Of a stretch of 64,000 nt of DNA, positions 62,954 through 64,000 are shown one piece after another; position 1 is the stretch's first letter; each line of letters opens with the position of its first letter. Source of the stretch: an uncultured Neomegalonema sp. GTDB taxonomy: Bacteria > Pseudomonadota > Alphaproteobacteria > Rhodobacterales > Rhodobacteraceae. The stretch is from contig CAZPTD010000001.1 of the NCBI GenBank assembly GCA_964588915.1, forward strand, positions 2,591-66,590, read 5' to 3'. The notes under the pieces are model-generated. The model had not been told where the DNA came from, ran no database searches, and saw only the letters and a list, made by a program, of their open reading frames with translations. The position numbers were made by a program, and so were the translations under genes.

Positions 62954-63985
62954 TCAAGACTTGAACTGTTCGGCGGTTTCGCAGACGCGGCCGAGATCGG
63001 CGCCGCCGGCCGCCTCGGTCGCGGCCATGACCGAGCCCTCGACGATCGGCGCGTCGCAGATCCGGATATGCGGCGCCATCGCCGCCGGCAGGAGCTCGAT
63101 CGCCATCTCCGCGTTGCTCTCGGCGCTGCCGAGATCGACAAGCACCGCGACGCCCTTCGGCGAGTAGACGCTTTCGATCGCGCGCATGATCGCGCCGACA
63201 TCGGTGCCGAGCCCGCCCTCGACATTGCCGCCGCACGCCGCGACTTGGACCGCCTGGCCGACCATCTGCCGCACCATCGCCGCCGCGCCGTTGGCGACCT
63301 CGGGCGACTGCGAGACGATGACGACGGAGACGGCCGACAACCCGACGCGGCGCGGCGACTTGCCCTCGATCGCGTCGCAGACCGAGCGGATGAGCACGTT
63401 CGCCGAGGCCGCGCCCGGATCGAGATGGCCGATCGATCGCTCGCCGAGATAGGAGGCGCGGCCGGTGAGCGCGCGCATGTCGCGGGTCGCCGCCAGCCCG
63501 TCCTCGGCCGCCCGGCGCAGCGCGTCGAGCGCCGGCGCGAGCTCGCTCGACCGCTCGAGCGCCGCGGTCGCCGGCGCCAGCACGTCGATCAGCGTCTTGG
63601 CGCCCGGCGCGGCCTTGCCGCGCTGCTCGACCGCCTCGAGGCCGATCTTCATCAACCGCGCCGCCTCGGCCACCGTCTTCGGCGGCTCGGCGAAGGCGTT
63701 GCCGATCGCCATCAGGAACGAGCCGTAGAGCGGCCCGGAGGCGCCGCCGACGCGCATCACGATCGTGGTGCCGGCCCGCCGCGCCGCCTCGCCGAAGGGC
63801 AGCGAAGCGAGCTCGTCGCGCTCCTCGTAGAGCGCCTCGAGCCCGCGGCGCATATTGTGGCCGTGATCGCCGTCGCCGATCGGCTGATCGAGCGCGCTCA
63901 GCTCGTCGACATTCGCCGCGATCGCGTCATGCGCCGCCTCGATCAACGCTCGGACGAGCGTCGCCCGATCCGTCGAAGCGCTCAT
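62954..63985 (-). CDS. dhaL: DhaL subunit fused to a DhaM-type EIIA(Man)-like domain
   Basis: 343 aa. Residues 1 to about 208 are DhaL-like (IGDGDHGHNM, GGASGPLYG, GRASYLGERSIGHLDPGA). Residues from about 215 to 343 align by eye with the N-terminal domain of E. coli DhaM (VVIVSQS vs LVIVSHS; LVDLGSAESNAEMAIELL vs MMDMGSALLSAETALELL). Confidence 0.88.
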   Translation of the reverse strand: MSASTDRATLVRALIEAAHDAIAANVDELSALDQPIGDGDHGHNMRRGLEALYEERDELASLPFGEAARRAGTTIVMRVGGASGPLYGSFLMAIGNAFAEPPKTVAEAARLMKIGLEAVEQRGKAAPGAKTLIDVLAPATAALERSSELAPALDALRRAAEDGLAATRDMRALTGRASYLGERSIGHLDPGAASANVLIRSVCDAIEGKSPRRVGLSAVSVVIVSQSPEVANGAAAMVRQMVGQAVQVAACGGNVEGGLGTDVGAIMRAIESVYSPKGVAVLVDLGSAESNAEMAIELLPAAMAPHIRICDAPIVEGSVMAATEAAGGADLGRVCETAEQFKS

Positions 63986-64000
63986 CGCCTGCGGCTCCTC

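Noticed and set aside
1-64000. Search for mobile elements, tRNA/rRNA genes, defence systems, toxin-antitoxin pairs, and compositional islands suggesting recent horizontal transfer.
   Set aside because: No transposase, integrase, recombinase, phage, restriction-modification, Cas or TA-like proteins were recognised in any real ORF. No cloverleaf-like or rRNA-like segments were seen. GC richness appears uniform apart from short promoter-like AT patches.

Overview
Very GC-rich window (third codon positions are almost always G/C), typical of an alphaproteobacterial (Rhizobiales-like) chromosome or megaplasmid. It is an accessory metabolic region with no rRNA, tRNA, CRISPR, transposase, integrase or phage genes that I can recognise. 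About 55 real genes sit among many spurious Arg/Ala/Gly-rich mirror-frame ORFs. All family calls come from reading motifs by eye and from memory of family signatures; no search was run.

The window is dominated by solute-uptake systems:
- one TAXI-TRAP
- two Liv-type ABC systems
- one NitT/TauT-type ABC system
- two tripartite tricarboxylate (TTT) systems

Each is wired to catabolic enzymes and a local regulator (MarR, IclR, LacI, TctDE).

Gene blocks, left to right:
1. Split UbiD/UbiX decarboxylase module with TAXI-TRAP, SDR, ALDH, an AbrB-family membrane protein and MarR.
2. IclR plus a tightly coupled cyclase-cupin-SDR-hydroxyacid dehydrogenase-ABC operon.
3. Sulfatase relic, then an enolase-superfamily / TctA-TctB fusion / TctC-like / Cys-type sulfatase operon. 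It converges on an SsuA-like ABC operon headed by a LacI gene. Near-identical LacI-type palindromes sit upstream of both operons.
4. VOC-like/bicupin protein and a standalone cyclase.
5. Second Liv-type ABC operon ending in a 670-aa kynureninase-like/cyclase (kynurenine-formamidase-like) fusion.
6. PLP decarboxylase, family III CoA-transferase and citryl-CoA-lyase-like pair.
7. Cytoplasmic SBP56 (methanethiol-oxidase family) coupled to a 2Fe-2S ferredoxin and a CoA-binding protein, next to a DmdA/GcvT-like aminomethyltransferase.
8. tctDE plus an orphan binding protein, divergent from tctCBA-DUF1446-DUF4387.
9. tamAB.
10. A REP-like repeat cluster.
11. dhaK, an HTH protein and a DhaL-EIIA fusion.

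Most interesting candidates: the KynU-like/cyclase fusion, the SBP56-ferredoxin-CoA-binding-DmdA-like cluster, the LacI-linked sulfatase/TTT/ABC regulon, and the TTT-linked DUF1446/DUF4387 pair.
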